A stretch of DNA of 63,941 nt, the filler included, from Candidatus Omnitrophota bacterium (GTDB lineage: Bacteria; Omnitrophota; Gorgyraeia; Zapsychrales; Zapsychraceae): the NCBI GenBank assembly GCA_015233495.1. It is 4 parts of 4 records of this genome, joined end to end, with 100 filler letters (N's around TTAATTAATTAA, not from the genome) between each part and the next. Parts side by side here need not be neighbours in the genome. Positions count along the whole stretch, not along the records: positions 20,263 to 39,910 come from JADFXQ010000036.1; 3 more parts are not named here. The stretch is one strand, 5' to 3'. The translations under genes and the position numbers were made by a program. The notes under the pieces were generated by a model. The model saw nothing but the letters and a program-made list of their open reading frames with translations, made no database searches and had not been told where the DNA came from. Positions within the stretch are counted from its first letter, which is position 1; each line of letters opens with the position of its first letter. Shown in pieces: positions 20,263 to 30,646 of this stretch.

Positions 20263-21111
20263 CCCGCACCAAGACGAAAAGACCCCAGAACCTTTACTGC
20301 AGCTTGATATTGAGTTTGGAAATTGTTTGTGTAGGATAGGTGGGAGGCTGTGACGGTTCGGCGCTAGCCGGGCAAGAGCCAACGGTGAAATACCACCCTA
20401 ATGATTTTTAGATTCTAACTTCGACCCCTGAATCGGGGCGTAGAACAGTGTCAGGCGGGCAGTTTGCTTGGGGCGAGTCCCTTCTAAAAGATAACGAAGG
20501 GGTCCAAAGGTTCCCTCAAGACGGTCGGCAACCGTCTTTAGAGTGCATAGGCATAAGGGAGCTTAACTGCGAGTCCGACAGGACGAGCAGATGCGAAAGC
20601 AGGGCTAAGTGATCCGGTGGTTGAATGTGGGATTGCCATCGCTCAACGAACAATAGGTACTCTGGGGATAACAGGCTGATCGCGCTCGAGAGTTCATATC
20701 GACAGCGCGGATTGGCACCTCGATGTCGGCTCATCCTATCCTGGGGCTGTATAAGGTCNNNNNNNNNNNNNNNNNNNNNNNNNACGCGAGCTGGGTTTAG
20801 AACGTCGTGAGACAGTTCGGTCTCTATCTGGTGTGGGCGTGCGATACTTGAAGGGGAGATCTCCTTAGTACGAGAGGACCGGGAGATACAGACCTCTGGT
20901 GTTCCGGTTATCCTGCCAAGGGTAATGGCCGGGTAGCTACGTCTGGAAAGGATAAGCGCTGAATGCATCTAAGCACGAAGCCCCCCCCAAGATGAGGTAT
21001 CGTTTCTCTTCGGAGATAAAGGTCCCTTGTAGACTACAAGGTTGATAGGCTGCGTGTGTAAGAGCCGTAAGGCTTTAAGCTAAGCAGTACTAATGGACCG
21101 AATGCTTGACC
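20263..21111 (+). rRNA. rrl: 23S rRNA, 3' portion (domains V-VI), partial, with internal N run
   Basis: AAGACCCC, GGGGATAACAGGCTGAT, CACCTCGATGTCGGCTC, sarcin-ricin loop AGTACGAGAGGACC. Confidence 0.97.
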
Positions 21112-21160
21112 TTTTTATAAAATTTCTATCTTGCGTAATTGTTCATTTTCTCATTCCACC

Positions 21161-21202
21161 TCCCCTCCCCCGCGAAAGCGTGGGGAGGGGCAGGGGAGGG
21201 GG
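21161..21202 (+). repeat. CCCCTCCCC...GGGGAGGGG REP-like element in the 23S-5S spacer
   Basis: Hairpin near-identical to 8926-8967. Confidence 0.8.
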
Positions 21203-21222
21203 AAATACAAATTTTTAAGATT

Positions 21223-21339
21223 TCCGGTGGTTATACTGAAGGGGCAACACCCGTTCCCATTCCGAATACGGCAGTTAAGCCCTTCTAGGTCGATGGTACT
21301 TGGCTCGCAAGGGCCTGGGAGAGTAGATCGCTACCGGGA
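21223..21339 (+). rRNA. rrf: 5S rRNA
   Basis: CACCCGTTCCCATTCCGAATACGG, GATGGTACT, GGGAGAGTAG; pairing ends. Confidence 0.95.
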
Positions 21340-21350
21340 TTAATTTTTAA

Positions 21351-21383
21351 AAAAGCCATTCTTATTATGAGGATGGCTTTTTT
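21351..21383 (+). terminator. Intrinsic terminator of the rRNA operon
   Basis: AAAAGCCATTCT...AGGATGGCTTTTTT. Confidence 0.8.
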
Positions 21384-21409
21384 AATTTAGCCGTATGGTA
21401 TAATGCCGT

Positions 21410-22654
21410 ATGACTCAGGGAATTTCCAATTTATCTTCAGCAGAAGTGATTGTCGTCGGCGGCGGGCCTGCCGGGTTGATGGCCGCGATTCAGGCCGGGC
21501 AACGCGGCCGGTCGGTGGTCTTGATTGAAAAGAATTTTTCTTTTGCTCCCAAACTGCTGCTTACCGGGCATGGCCGTTGTAATATAACCAACACCTCTTC
21601 CCGGGAGGAATATTTTGCCCGCCTGGGGCCGAATGCCGAATTTTTACGCGACGCGTTCGTCCATTTTTTTCATCCCCAATTGATTAAATTTTACGAAAGC
21701 CGCGGTCTGCCGATTAAGCAAGAAGCGGAGGGCCGTTGTTTTCCCGCCACGGAAAAAGCGGCGGATGTCGCGCGCATTTTGACGGATGAATTGCAGTTGA
21801 AAAATGTGAGGATTCAGTTGGGAAAGACAGTCCAGCAGCTGCTCATCGGGGATGGCCGCATTCAAGGCGTTCAATACGTCAACGGCAAAGTTATTTCATC
21901 GTCCAGCGTGGTATTAGCGACTGGCGGTTTATCTTACCCTCAGACCGGGTCTACCGGTGACGGTTTGCGTTTTGCAGAACAATCCGGACATCAAATTGTT
22001 TCGCCGCGACCCGGACTTGCCGGTCTGGTTTGTCAGGTTCCGCGGTGGCGGGATTTAAAAGGGATCAGTTTATACGGAGTGGGTTTACGGCTGATATTGG
22101 GAAAAAAGATATTGTTTGACCGCGTCGGCGATATTATGGCCACGCATTATGGTTTATCCGGGCCAGTGGTTTTAAACGCCAGCAATTATGTTTCGGCGGC
22201 TTTGCAGGCCGGGAAACCGGTTGAGGCTTTGATTGACTTTATCCCGGCAACAACTTCAGACCAGCTCCGCGCTTCTTTGGCCGCTGCAGGGAACGCCGGA
22301 ATCGGATCAGCGCTAAATAAGCGTCTCACTCGGAGATTAGTGGATTTTCTCCTCGACTCCGTTAAAATTTCGCCGCAAAAAAAGATCTCGGAATTGAACC
22401 AAAAGAACGTTGAGCATATTCTTGATGTGATCAAAAATTTTGCAATGCCGGTGACTGCTTCATTGCCCTTAGAATCAGCCATGATCACGCTCGGCGGTGT
22501 ATCTTTAAAAGACATTGACCCGCGCACTATGCAATCGCGCAAAGTACAAGGCTTATTTTTTGCCGGAGAAATTATGGATATTGCCGGCGAATCCGGCGGA
22601 TTCAATTTACAAGCGGCTTTTTCCACCGGATATGTGGCTGGCCATTTTGCCTGA
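21410..22654 (+). CDS. HI0933/YhiN/BaiN family flavoprotein
   Basis: GGGPAGLMAA, TGHGRCNITN, ATGGLSYPQTGSTGDG, GGFNLQAAFSTG. Confidence 0.92.
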   Translation: MTQGISNLSSAEVIVVGGGPAGLMAAIQAGQRGRSVVLIEKNFSFAPKLLLTGHGRCNITNTSSREEYFARLGPNAEFLRDAFVHFFHPQLIKFYESRGLPIKQEAEGRCFPATEKAADVARILTDELQLKNVRIQLGKTVQQLLIGDGRIQGVQYVNGKVISSSSVVLATGGLSYPQTGSTGDGLRFAEQSGHQIVSPRPGLAGLVCQVPRWRDLKGISLYGVGLRLILGKKILFDRVGDIMATHYGLSGPVVLNASNYVSAALQAGKPVEALIDFIPATTSDQLRASLAAAGNAGIGSALNKRLTRRLVDFLLDSVKISPQKKISELNQKNVEHILDVIKNFAMPVTASLPLESAMITLGGVSLKDIDPRTMQSRKVQGLFFAGEIMDIAGESGGFNLQAAFSTGYVAGHFA

Positions 22655-22737
22655 AAACCTAAAAATTTACGTGAAGATCGCGGGACAAATTGGTATGATA
22701 TTTAAAAATTTACACATTTTTTAAGGGGTAAAATCAG

Positions 22738-24129
22738 ATGAAAGACACTAAAATTTATTTAACGGACAATGATATCCCAAAGCAATGGTATAACCTGGCT
22801 GCAGATTTGCCGAGTCCTATGCATCCGCCTTTGGGCCCGGACGGCAAGCCGGTTACGCCGGACATGCTGGCGCCGGTTTTTCCGATGAACTTGATCGAGC
22901 AGGAGGTCAGCCGGGAACGGTGGATTGATATTCCGCCGGAGATTTTGAGTGTTTTATATCGTTGGCGGCCGGCGCCTTTGCGCCGGGCGCGATATTTGGA
23001 GCAATATTTAAAAACTCCGGCGCGGATTTATTATAAAGACGAGAGCGTCAGCCCGGCGGGAAGTCATAAGACCAATACGGCGATCGCGCAGGCCTGGTAT
23101 AACAAACAATTCGGCATCAAGCGGCTCATCACGGAAACCGGCGCGGGCCAGTGGGGCAGCGCTTTGTCCTTTGCTTGTTGTTTGTTGGGGCTCGAATGCA
23201 AAGTGTTTATGGTGCGGGTTAGTTTTGACCAAAAACCGATGCGCAAGACTATGATGAAGGTCTGGGGCGGCCAGTGTGTGGCTAGTCCGAGCATGGACAC
23301 GGAGGTTGGCCGGAAAATTTTGGCCCAGGATCCCACGACGCCGGGAAGTCTGGGGATTGCGATCAGCGAGGCAATCGAAGAAACCGTCAAAGATAAAACC
23401 GGCAAGACGCGGTATTCTTTAGGAAGTGTTTTGAATCATGTCATTTTGCACCAAACCATCATCGGTTTGGAAGCGAAAAAACAATTAAAGATCGCAGGCG
23501 AAAAACAACCGGATGTAGTGATCGGTTGCGCGGGGGGCGGCAGTAATTTTGCGGGGTTGGCGTTTCCGTTTGTTAACGATAAAATTCATGGGGCGAAAAT
23601 GACGGTGATTCCGGTGGAATCTTCCTCTTGCCCTAAGATGACGCGGGGAGTGTTTCAATATGATTTCGGGGATGTGGCAGGGATGACCCCGTTGTTGGCA
23701 ATGACGACCTTGGGTCATCAGTTTGTCCCCGCCCCGATTCACGCCGGCGGCTTGCGCTATCATGGCATGTCACCTTTGGTCAGCCAGGCGATTGTGGAAG
23801 GGTTGCTGGAACCCCGGTCGTGCGATCAAGTCAAGGCCTATGAAGCTGCCTTGTTGTGGGCAAAAACCGAAGGGTTTATTTGCGCGCCGGAAACCAGCCA
23901 CGCGATTGCCGTAGCGATTGATGAAGCGTTAAAGGCAAGAGAAGAAGGCAAGGCAAAAGTGATTTTGTTTAATTTTAGCGGCCATGGGCTGATGGATTTG
24001 GTTGGTTATGAAAAATTTTTATCCGGCGAACTGCAAGCGTATGAACTCCCGGAATCGGAACTCTGCGCTTCTGTAGATAAAATTAAAGGTTTGCCGGCCG
24101 CGGCGCGCAATAAGTCGGGGAAATGGTAA
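22738..24129 (+). CDS. trpB2: TrpB2 (stand-alone tryptophan synthase beta-like PLP enzyme)
   Basis: [37 protein letters not shown]. Confidence 0.92.
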   Translation: MKDTKIYLTDNDIPKQWYNLAADLPSPMHPPLGPDGKPVTPDMLAPVFPMNLIEQEVSRERWIDIPPEILSVLYRWRPAPLRRARYLEQYLKTPARIYYKDESVSPAGSHKTNTAIAQAWYNKQFGIKRLITETGAGQWGSALSFACCLLGLECKVFMVRVSFDQKPMRKTMMKVWGGQCVASPSMDTEVGRKILAQDPTTPGSLGIAISEAIEETVKDKTGKTRYSLGSVLNHVILHQTIIGLEAKKQLKIAGEKQPDVVIGCAGGGSNFAGLAFPFVNDKIHGAKMTVIPVESSSCPKMTRGVFQYDFGDVAGMTPLLAMTTLGHQFVPAPIHAGGLRYHGMSPLVSQAIVEGLLEPRSCDQVKAYEAALLWAKTEGFICAPETSHAIAVAIDEALKAREEGKAKVILFNFSGHGLMDLVGYEKFLSGELQAYELPESELCASVDKIKGLPAAARNKSGKW

Positions 24130-24130
24130 A

Positions 24131-24263
24131 ACGGGATACAGTATACGGCATACGGTATACTGTCGTTTTGTTTACGCAATCAGACAATCAATGGCAATTG
24201 ACCTAACATATTTCATATGATAAACAGTGCCGCCGAATACTGTATCCCGTATACCGTATACCG
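24131..24263. repeat. Heptamer-repeat element with inverted ends
   Basis: ACGGGATACAGTAT (24131-24144) is the exact reverse complement of ATACTGTATCCCGT (24237-24250); CGTATAC units as at 7521. Confidence 0.8.
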
Positions 24264-24281
24264 ATTAAACAGGTTACAACA

Positions 24282-27077
24282 ATGATTCAGTGTCTGCTTA
24301 TCGAGCCGGATAAAAAATTGGCCCAGAAATTTTTGGATATTATCCAAAAACGGGATACGCAGGATCTGGAATTAAAATGGGTTACAGATTTGTGGAAAGG
24401 CCAGCGCCAGCTGATGGCGGGTGATATTGATGTTGTTATCGTGAATTTGTTTTTACCTGACATTCACGGCGAAGAAATTGTTAAAAAATTGCGCGCATAT
24501 GATCCCCAGGTCCCGATTATATTTCTCTGTGACGCCGAGGATTTGAATGAAGCGACCCGCGCCATCAAGGCGGGGGCTCAGGACCATTTTATCAAGACCG
24601 ATATGGATCCTCTGCGGCTTATCGGGATGATCCGCCGGCACGTTGAGCAAAAAAAAGTCCTGCAACAACTTTCGCTTTTCCAGCGTTTTGCCGAATCCGC
24701 CGGTTATGGATTTTTGATCGCCACAAAATCCGGAGATATCACTTACCTCAATGTCGCGCTCGCCAAATTGCTTAAAGCCGCGGCTCCGGAAAAATTATAC
24801 GGTCAAAATATCGCCAAACTTTATCCCCCGGATGTCCGTAAATATCTTGCCGACAAAGTGTTCCCGGAAATTTTTTCTAAAGGCCAATGGGCTGGACAAT
24901 TGCAGTTGTTATCGCCCGATGGGAGTATCACGCAAACTCTGCAGAATATATTGGCGGTCCGAGATGAGCAAGGGGAATTGTTATGTTATGGGAACATGAT
25001 CATCGATGTGACTGATCTGAAGCGCGCCCAAGAAGCCTTGAACGCCAGTGAAAAGAAATTTATGGATGTCTTTTATGCATCCAACGACGCGATTTTTATT
25101 TATCGGGACGGCCGGTTTTCCGAGTGTAACGCTGCCGCGGTAAAGATGTTTAAAGCGGCATCCTCCAGCGAACTTTTAAGCCGCAACGGCGAAGATTTTT
25201 TTCCCGACAAACAGCCGGATGGCCGCTCTTCTTACCGCGAATGGATGGAGCTGCAGCAGACCGCGTTTGATCAGGGGTCTTTACGGCTAGAATGGATTTG
25301 CCGGCGCGCCGACGGCGGGAATTTCCCGACCGAAATGACGTTAACGCAAATTTTGTTGGGTCAGCAAGTGTTATACGTAGTGGTCAAAGATATCAGCGAA
25401 AAGAAAAAGGCGGAAGAGAATTTACATATGTTGTCTTTGGCGGTGGAACAAAGCCCGGCCGCGGTCATGATCACGGATCCGCAAGGGAATATTGAATATG
25501 TCAACCGTCGTTTTTTGGAAGTGTCGGAATATATGTTCAATGAAGTGGTGGGACGCAACCCGCGTTTTTTGAAGTCCCAACATACACCTGTGGAAAAATA
25601 TCAAGAATTATGGACGACTATTTTATCCGGCCAAGATTGGCACGGCGAATTTTATAATAAAAAGAAAAATGGCGATTTGTTTTGGGAACACGCGTCAATA
25701 TCGCCGATCAAAAACAGCCAGGGACAAATCACGCATTTTTTAGCGGTGAAAGAAGATATGACCGCCTATAAAGAATATGAAAAAAAATTAATCCGCCAGG
25801 CGAATTATGACAATTTGACAAACTTGCCTAACCGGGCGCTCGCTTTAGACCGGATCAGTCAATCCTTGGCGCGCGCTCATCGCAATGGTTCTAAAGTCGG
25901 CATACTTTTCATTGATTTAGACCGGTTTAAAATGGTTAACGATACTTTAGGGCACGAGAAAGGTGACTTGGTTTTGGTGGAAGCTGCTCGTCGGTTTTCA
26001 ACCGTGATCCGAGAGAGCGATACGGTTGCTCGTTTAGGCGGGGATGAATTTTTGGTAATCATCCCGGATCTCGTAGACACGAAAAATGTTTCGCTCGTAG
26101 CGGCGCGGATCCGGGATGCTTTTGCCAAACCGTTTATGGTCGATGATCATGAAATGCTCATCACCGCGAGTATTGGGATCACCGCCTATCCCACCGATGG
26201 CGACGATGCCCATGTTCTTTTGCGCAACGCGGATGTGGCGATGTATAAGGCGAAAGAAGAAGAACGCAATACTTTTCGTTTTTTTACTAAGGAAATGAAC
26301 CTGGAAGCGATGCGGCGTATGGAAATGGAAGCCCAACTGCGGCATGCGATTGAGAAAAAAGAATTGTTCATCTTATATCAGCCCATCTTAGATATGAAAA
26401 GCAGGGTTATCGGTAGCGAGGCGTTATTGCGCTGGAAAAATCCAGCGCTGGGATTAGTTTTACCGGAACAGTTTATTCCTTTATCAGAAGAAACTGGTCT
26501 GATTGTGCCGATCGGCGCTTGGGTTTTAGAAAATGCCACGCTCCAGGCGGCGCAATGGCAAAAACAATCAGGAAGGCCGTTGATTATTTCGGTTAATGTT
26601 TCTTCCCGTCAGTTTCGGGGGAAAGACCTTTATAGAATGGTGATGGCAGCGGTCGCGCAAAGCCAAATTTCTCCGGCTTCTTTAGAATTAGAAATCACCG
26701 AAGGTCTGGTCATGGACAAATCCTTATCCGCGGGAGAAGTCATTAAACAATTTCATCAGGCCGGCATTCGTTTGTCGATTGATGATTTTGGCACCGGATA
26801 TTCGTCTTTGAGCTATTTAAAAAAATATCCGTTAAACACTTTAAAAATCGACCGTTCCTTTATTCGGGATCTCACTAAGGACGCAACCAACGCCGCGCTG
26901 TGCACCGCCATGATCGGCATGTCGCAGGGACTGGGTCTCACAGTCGTCGCGGAAGGCGTGGAATCGGTCGAGCAATTCGAATTTCTCCGCGCCAAAGGCT
27001 GTAACTGCTTCCAAGGGTTTTATTTCAGCAAACCTATTCTGCCGGAAGAGTTTTATCAATATTTCATATCCCATTAA
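24282..27077 (+). CDS. REC-PAS-PAS-PAS-GGDEF-EAL c-di-GMP enzyme
   Basis: Receiver-like N-terminus, PAS/PAC repeats, RLGGDEF, EALLRW, DDFGTGYSS. Confidence 0.93.
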   Translation: MIQCLLIEPDKKLAQKFLDIIQKRDTQDLELKWVTDLWKGQRQLMAGDIDVVIVNLFLPDIHGEEIVKKLRAYDPQVPIIFLCDAEDLNEATRAIKAGAQDHFIKTDMDPLRLIGMIRRHVEQKKVLQQLSLFQRFAESAGYGFLIATKSGDITYLNVALAKLLKAAAPEKLYGQNIAKLYPPDVRKYLADKVFPEIFSKGQWAGQLQLLSPDGSITQTLQNILAVRDEQGELLCYGNMIIDVTDLKRAQEALNASEKKFMDVFYASNDAIFIYRDGRFSECNAAAVKMFKAASSSELLSRNGEDFFPDKQPDGRSSYREWMELQQTAFDQGSLRLEWICRRADGGNFPTEMTLTQILLGQQVLYVVVKDISEKKKAEENLHMLSLAVEQSPAAVMITDPQGNIEYVNRRFLEVSEYMFNEVVGRNPRFLKSQHTPVEKYQELWTTILSGQDWHGEFYNKKKNGDLFWEHASISPIKNSQGQITHFLAVKEDMTAYKEYEKKLIRQANYDNLTNLPNRALALDRISQSLARAHRNGSKVGILFIDLDRFKMVNDTLGHEKGDLVLVEAARRFSTVIRESDTVARLGGDEFLVIIPDLVDTKNVSLVAARIRDAFAKPFMVDDHEMLITASIGITAYPTDGDDAHVLLRNADVAMYKAKEEERNTFRFFTKEMNLEAMRRMEMEAQLRHAIEKKELFILYQPILDMKSRVIGSEALLRWKNPALGLVLPEQFIPLSEETGLIVPIGAWVLENATLQAAQWQKQSGRPLIISVNVSSRQFRGKDLYRMVMAAVAQSQISPASLELEITEGLVMDKSLSAGEVIKQFHQAGIRLSIDDFGTGYSSLSYLKKYPLNTLKIDRSFIRDLTKDATNAALCTAMIGMSQGLGLTVVAEGVESVEQFEFLRAKGCNCFQGFYFSKPILPEEFYQYFISH

Positions 27078-27146
27078 TTTTTGGTTGTGAATTTGAACGG
27101 TTTTTGGTAATCTAAACGACTTACATTTTTGCTCGCAAAAATTTTC

Positions 27147-27231
27147 GGAGAGGTGGCCGAGTGGTTGAAGGCGCACGATTGGAAGTCGTGTGAGGGTCAA
27201 ACCTCCCAGGGTTCGAATCCCTGCCTCTCCG
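27147..27231 (+). tRNA. tRNA-Ser(GGA)
   Basis: GGAGAGG...CCTCTCC-G, anticodon loop TTGGAAG, long variable arm. Confidence 0.93.
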
Positions 27232-27388
27232 TTTCTTATTGAAGCCCCGAATAGGGGCTTCAAGAAGAAACGTTTTTAAAGAGAAGGGATTCGAACGGGA
27301 GCTTGACGCCGTCTTTAGACGGTGACAAGCGGCTGGCCGACCCGAAGCCCATAGGGCGAAGGGCGCTCGAATCCCTGCCTCTCCGTTT
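27213..27388 (+). repeat. tRNA-Ser-linked element with duplicated tRNA 3' end
   Basis: TCGAATCCCTGCCTCTCCGTTT at 27213-27234 and 27367-27388 (154-bp period), hairpins between. Confidence 0.85.
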
Positions 27389-27531
27389 TTTGCTTCGCAA
27401 AAAACGGAAAGAGGAGAAAGGTGAGGGGAAAACGCAATGTCCTTTCTCCGAACAGTCTCCGATCTCCTTTCAATTTTTTTGCTTCGCAAAAAACGGAGAG
27501 AAGAGAAAGGTGAGAGGAGATAGGATTTTTT

Positions 27532-28065
27532 ATGGATATTGAAGAAGCTTGGCATAAGGCTCTCAGCCATACGCAAATTATTCGCGCCCGGGTATCGGCG
27601 TTATTAACCAACGCGGATACTACAGTGCCTTATGTATTTTTAGCCGAATCGAGCGTGAATTTCGGTGATACAGTGGTCCGCAAGGGCGAGATCATTGTGC
27701 AAAAACCATCTTTATTGATCCCGCCGCACAACCCCATTTTTCAAGGTTTTCAATTTCAAGATGAAATGCAGATCAACGAAGATTCCTTGGTCAATTTTTT
27801 ACTGGTGCGCGGCGTGGTTTTGCCTTCTTTAAAATACGACAATAAAACCAATTCGCTTTCGGTCGTCGATGGTAAACTTTCTGAGGCTATCCGGCGTTAT
27901 TCCCAGGAAATGGAACAACAAGAAAATGTCCAAACCGGTTTGTTGAGCGGCCCGGAAGACTGCTGGCAGTTTTCGGTTTTGATTTTTATTTGTTCGCAAA
28001 TTCTGCGCAACGCGGATACGGACTTTCGCAAACTCAGGGAAAAATTCAAAAGAAACGAGTCTTAA
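27532..28065 (+). CDS. Hypothetical protein
   Basis: 177-aa ORF with RBS, protein-like composition, in operon with the downstream peptidase. Confidence 0.7.
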   Translation: MDIEEAWHKALSHTQIIRARVSALLTNADTTVPYVFLAESSVNFGDTVVRKGEIIVQKPSLLIPPHNPIFQGFQFQDEMQINEDSLVNFLLVRGVVLPSLKYDNKTNSLSVVDGKLSEAIRRYSQEMEQQENVQTGLLSGPEDCWQFSVLIFICSQILRNADTDFRKLREKFKRNES

Positions 28066-28066
28066 A

Positions 28067-30646
28067 ATGGGGATTGCGTTTTATCGAACCGTGATTTTTG
28101 GTTTTTTTATATGGGCCGCGCTATTTTCGGCGGCTTTTGCGGATCCTTTGCAAAAATATATTCTTAATCACGGGCTAACCGTGCTCATTGACCCGATGCC
28201 TTCGTCTGAGACGGTGGCTTTTCAAATTTTGGTCAAGACGGGTTCTGCCACGGAAGCCCGTTTTCTGGGCTCAGGCATATCGCATTTTGTTGAACATATT
28301 GTGTTTAAAGGCACTAAAACGCGGGGGGTTGGCTCGGCGTCGCAGGAAATTCAGGCCGCGGGAGGACAGATCAATGCCGCGACCGGCAAAGATTATACCA
28401 ATTTTACCGTAACCGTACCTCAGGAGAAATACGCCGTCGGTTTGGACGTTATTGCTGATTTGGTAATGAATGCAACGATTGATCCCGTCGAAGTTGAGAA
28501 AGAGAGGGAAGTTATTCTCAATGAAATGCGGTTGCACAATGATGATCCGGAATCTGTTTTATACGATTCTGCTGGCGCGAATATATTTTTGGCGCATCCC
28601 TATCGGCATCCTATCATCGGATATGAATCATTATTTCGCAAAATTTCGCGGGATGATTTGCTGGCTTATTACCGGGAACGCTATACCCCGGGAAATATGA
28701 TTTTAGCGGTGGCGGGCCGAGTTGACGGCGATAAGATTTTATCGCTTATTAAAGACACGTTTAAAAATTTTGAGCGGGGCGCTGCCATTGTGCGCGCTGA
28801 GAATGATGAACCTTTTCCCCAGAGCGTTCGCCGAGTTGACCGCCTTTTTCCTACGGAAATATCCCGCGTGAATTTAGCTTTCGCCGGGGTGAAACTGTTG
28901 GATCCGGATTTATTCGCGCTGGATCTTTTGGCGGGAATTTTGGGGCAAGGCCGAAGCTCGCGTTTATTTCTTGAACTGTACGCGAAACGTCATTTGGTTT
29001 ATAGCATCAGCGCCGGCAATAACACCCCGGTAGACCGCGGGGCATTTGAAATCTATATGAACTTGGAGCCGGCGCAAACAAACGAGGCTTTGCGTCGCGT
29101 CAGAGAAACCATCAGCGCCCTAAAACGCGAAGGTGTCTCCGAAGAGGAATTGGAAAAAGTGAAGCGTCAAGTCTTGGTTGAACATATTTTTGGACAGCAG
29201 ACTGCTGCCGGACGCGCGGCAGCTATGGCAGTGGATGAAGCCATGACGGGAGACCCGGATTTTGGTCAGCATTATACTGAAGCGGTTAAAAAAGTAACGC
29301 GGACAGATATCAAACGCGCCGCGGAAAAATATTTGAATACCGATAAAATGTCGGTTACCGTGTTGGCTCCGCTGGCAAACGCGGCTTCCAAATCCGATTG
29401 GGGAGATCAAACTGTTGCTGATTTCCAAAAAGAAGTTTTGCCTAATGGATTGACCATCTTGATTAAAGAAGATCACCGCTTGCCTATTACGGGAATGCGA
29501 TTATTGATGCAAGCAGGATTGCGTGCCGAATCGAAAGAATTGAATGGGATCAGCCAGCTGATGGCTTTGCTTTGGCCCAAGGCTACGGATAAATTTTCGG
29601 TAAAAGCCCTGGACGCTTTTATCGACAGCCGCGGAATTGATTTGTCGGGTTTCTCCGGAAACAACAGCATGGGATTGACGGTCGAATGTTTAAAAGCGGA
29701 CTGGAGTTCTGCTTATGATATTTTTGCGAATCTGGCACGGCGCCCGGCTTTCCCTGCAGAGGAAATGCTGAAAATTCGGGCGGATATGAAAGCGGCGATT
29801 CGGCAACGGGATGATGATATTGCCCAGCGGTCGATTTTGGAATTGAGAAAAATTTTATATCCGGATAGCCCATTAGGGTTGGACCCGCTGGGAACGCCAG
29901 AATCTTTAGATCGAATCACGCGAGAATCACTGCTGGCTTTATATAGGCAATATGCTTCGCCGGATAATATGGTTTTGGTTGTCTATGGTGATATTCAGGC
30001 CAAGGAGGTTCGCCAACGTCTGGAAAAAGATTTTGGCGCCTGGCGAAAAAAAGGAAGTAAAAAAAGAATACTTTTCGGCGCGGTTTTGGAAACCCGGCGG
30101 GAAAAGGAAATTCGCTTGCCAAAACAGCAGGCAATGGTTGCCGTCGGTTTTCGCGGGTCAACCTTTTACGACGCGGACCGCTATGCCGCCGAAGTCATGG
30201 CGGAGATTTTGGCCGCTCCGTTTGAAGGCCGTTTATTCCGTGAAATTCGGGAAAAACAAGGATTAGCGTATTCCGTGGGCGGCGGATTAACCCCGGGTAT
30301 CGAACCGGGAATCATCATATTTTATGCGCTCACGGCCGAGGCAAAGCAGGCTGCGGTCAAGCAAGGACTTTTAGATGAAGCGCGTAAAATTACTCAGGAA
30401 CTTGTAGACGCAAAAGAGTTAACCCGCATTAAAGAGTATTTGAAAGGAAGCCAACAGATTGCCTTGGAAACTACCGGCGCGAAAAGTTTTAACGCGGGAT
30501 TGGATGAACTTTACGGACTGGGGTATAAAAACCACCAAGAATACGCCCGCCGGATCGACGCAGTAACGGCGGCAGATGTGCAAGCCGCGGCTAAGAAATA
30601 TTTGAATCCGGATCAAATGGCGGTTGTGATAACTCGACCGCAATGA
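28067..30646 (+). CDS. M16 family (pitrilysin-like) zinc peptidase, two-lobed, exported
   Basis: HFVEH (HxxEH) motif, LPNGL second lobe, RLFREIREKQGLAY, signal peptide. Confidence 0.92.
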   Translation: MGIAFYRTVIFGFFIWAALFSAAFADPLQKYILNHGLTVLIDPMPSSETVAFQILVKTGSATEARFLGSGISHFVEHIVFKGTKTRGVGSASQEIQAAGGQINAATGKDYTNFTVTVPQEKYAVGLDVIADLVMNATIDPVEVEKEREVILNEMRLHNDDPESVLYDSAGANIFLAHPYRHPIIGYESLFRKISRDDLLAYYRERYTPGNMILAVAGRVDGDKILSLIKDTFKNFERGAAIVRAENDEPFPQSVRRVDRLFPTEISRVNLAFAGVKLLDPDLFALDLLAGILGQGRSSRLFLELYAKRHLVYSISAGNNTPVDRGAFEIYMNLEPAQTNEALRRVRETISALKREGVSEEELEKVKRQVLVEHIFGQQTAAGRAAAMAVDEAMTGDPDFGQHYTEAVKKVTRTDIKRAAEKYLNTDKMSVTVLAPLANAASKSDWGDQTVADFQKEVLPNGLTILIKEDHRLPITGMRLLMQAGLRAESKELNGISQLMALLWPKATDKFSVKALDAFIDSRGIDLSGFSGNNSMGLTVECLKADWSSAYDIFANLARRPAFPAEEMLKIRADMKAAIRQRDDDIAQRSILELRKILYPDSPLGLDPLGTPESLDRITRESLLALYRQYASPDNMVLVVYGDIQAKEVRQRLEKDFGAWRKKGSKKRILFGAVLETRREKEIRLPKQQAMVAVGFRGSTFYDADRYAAEVMAEILAAPFEGRLFREIREKQGLAYSVGGGLTPGIEPGIIIFYALTAEAKQAAVKQGLLDEARKITQELVDAKELTRIKEYLKGSQQIALETTGAKSFNAGLDELYGLGYKNHQEYARRIDAVTAADVQAAAKKYLNPDQMAVVITRPQ

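Noticed and set aside
20516..21343. ORFs within the 23S/5S region
   Set aside because: Spurious frames in rRNA.
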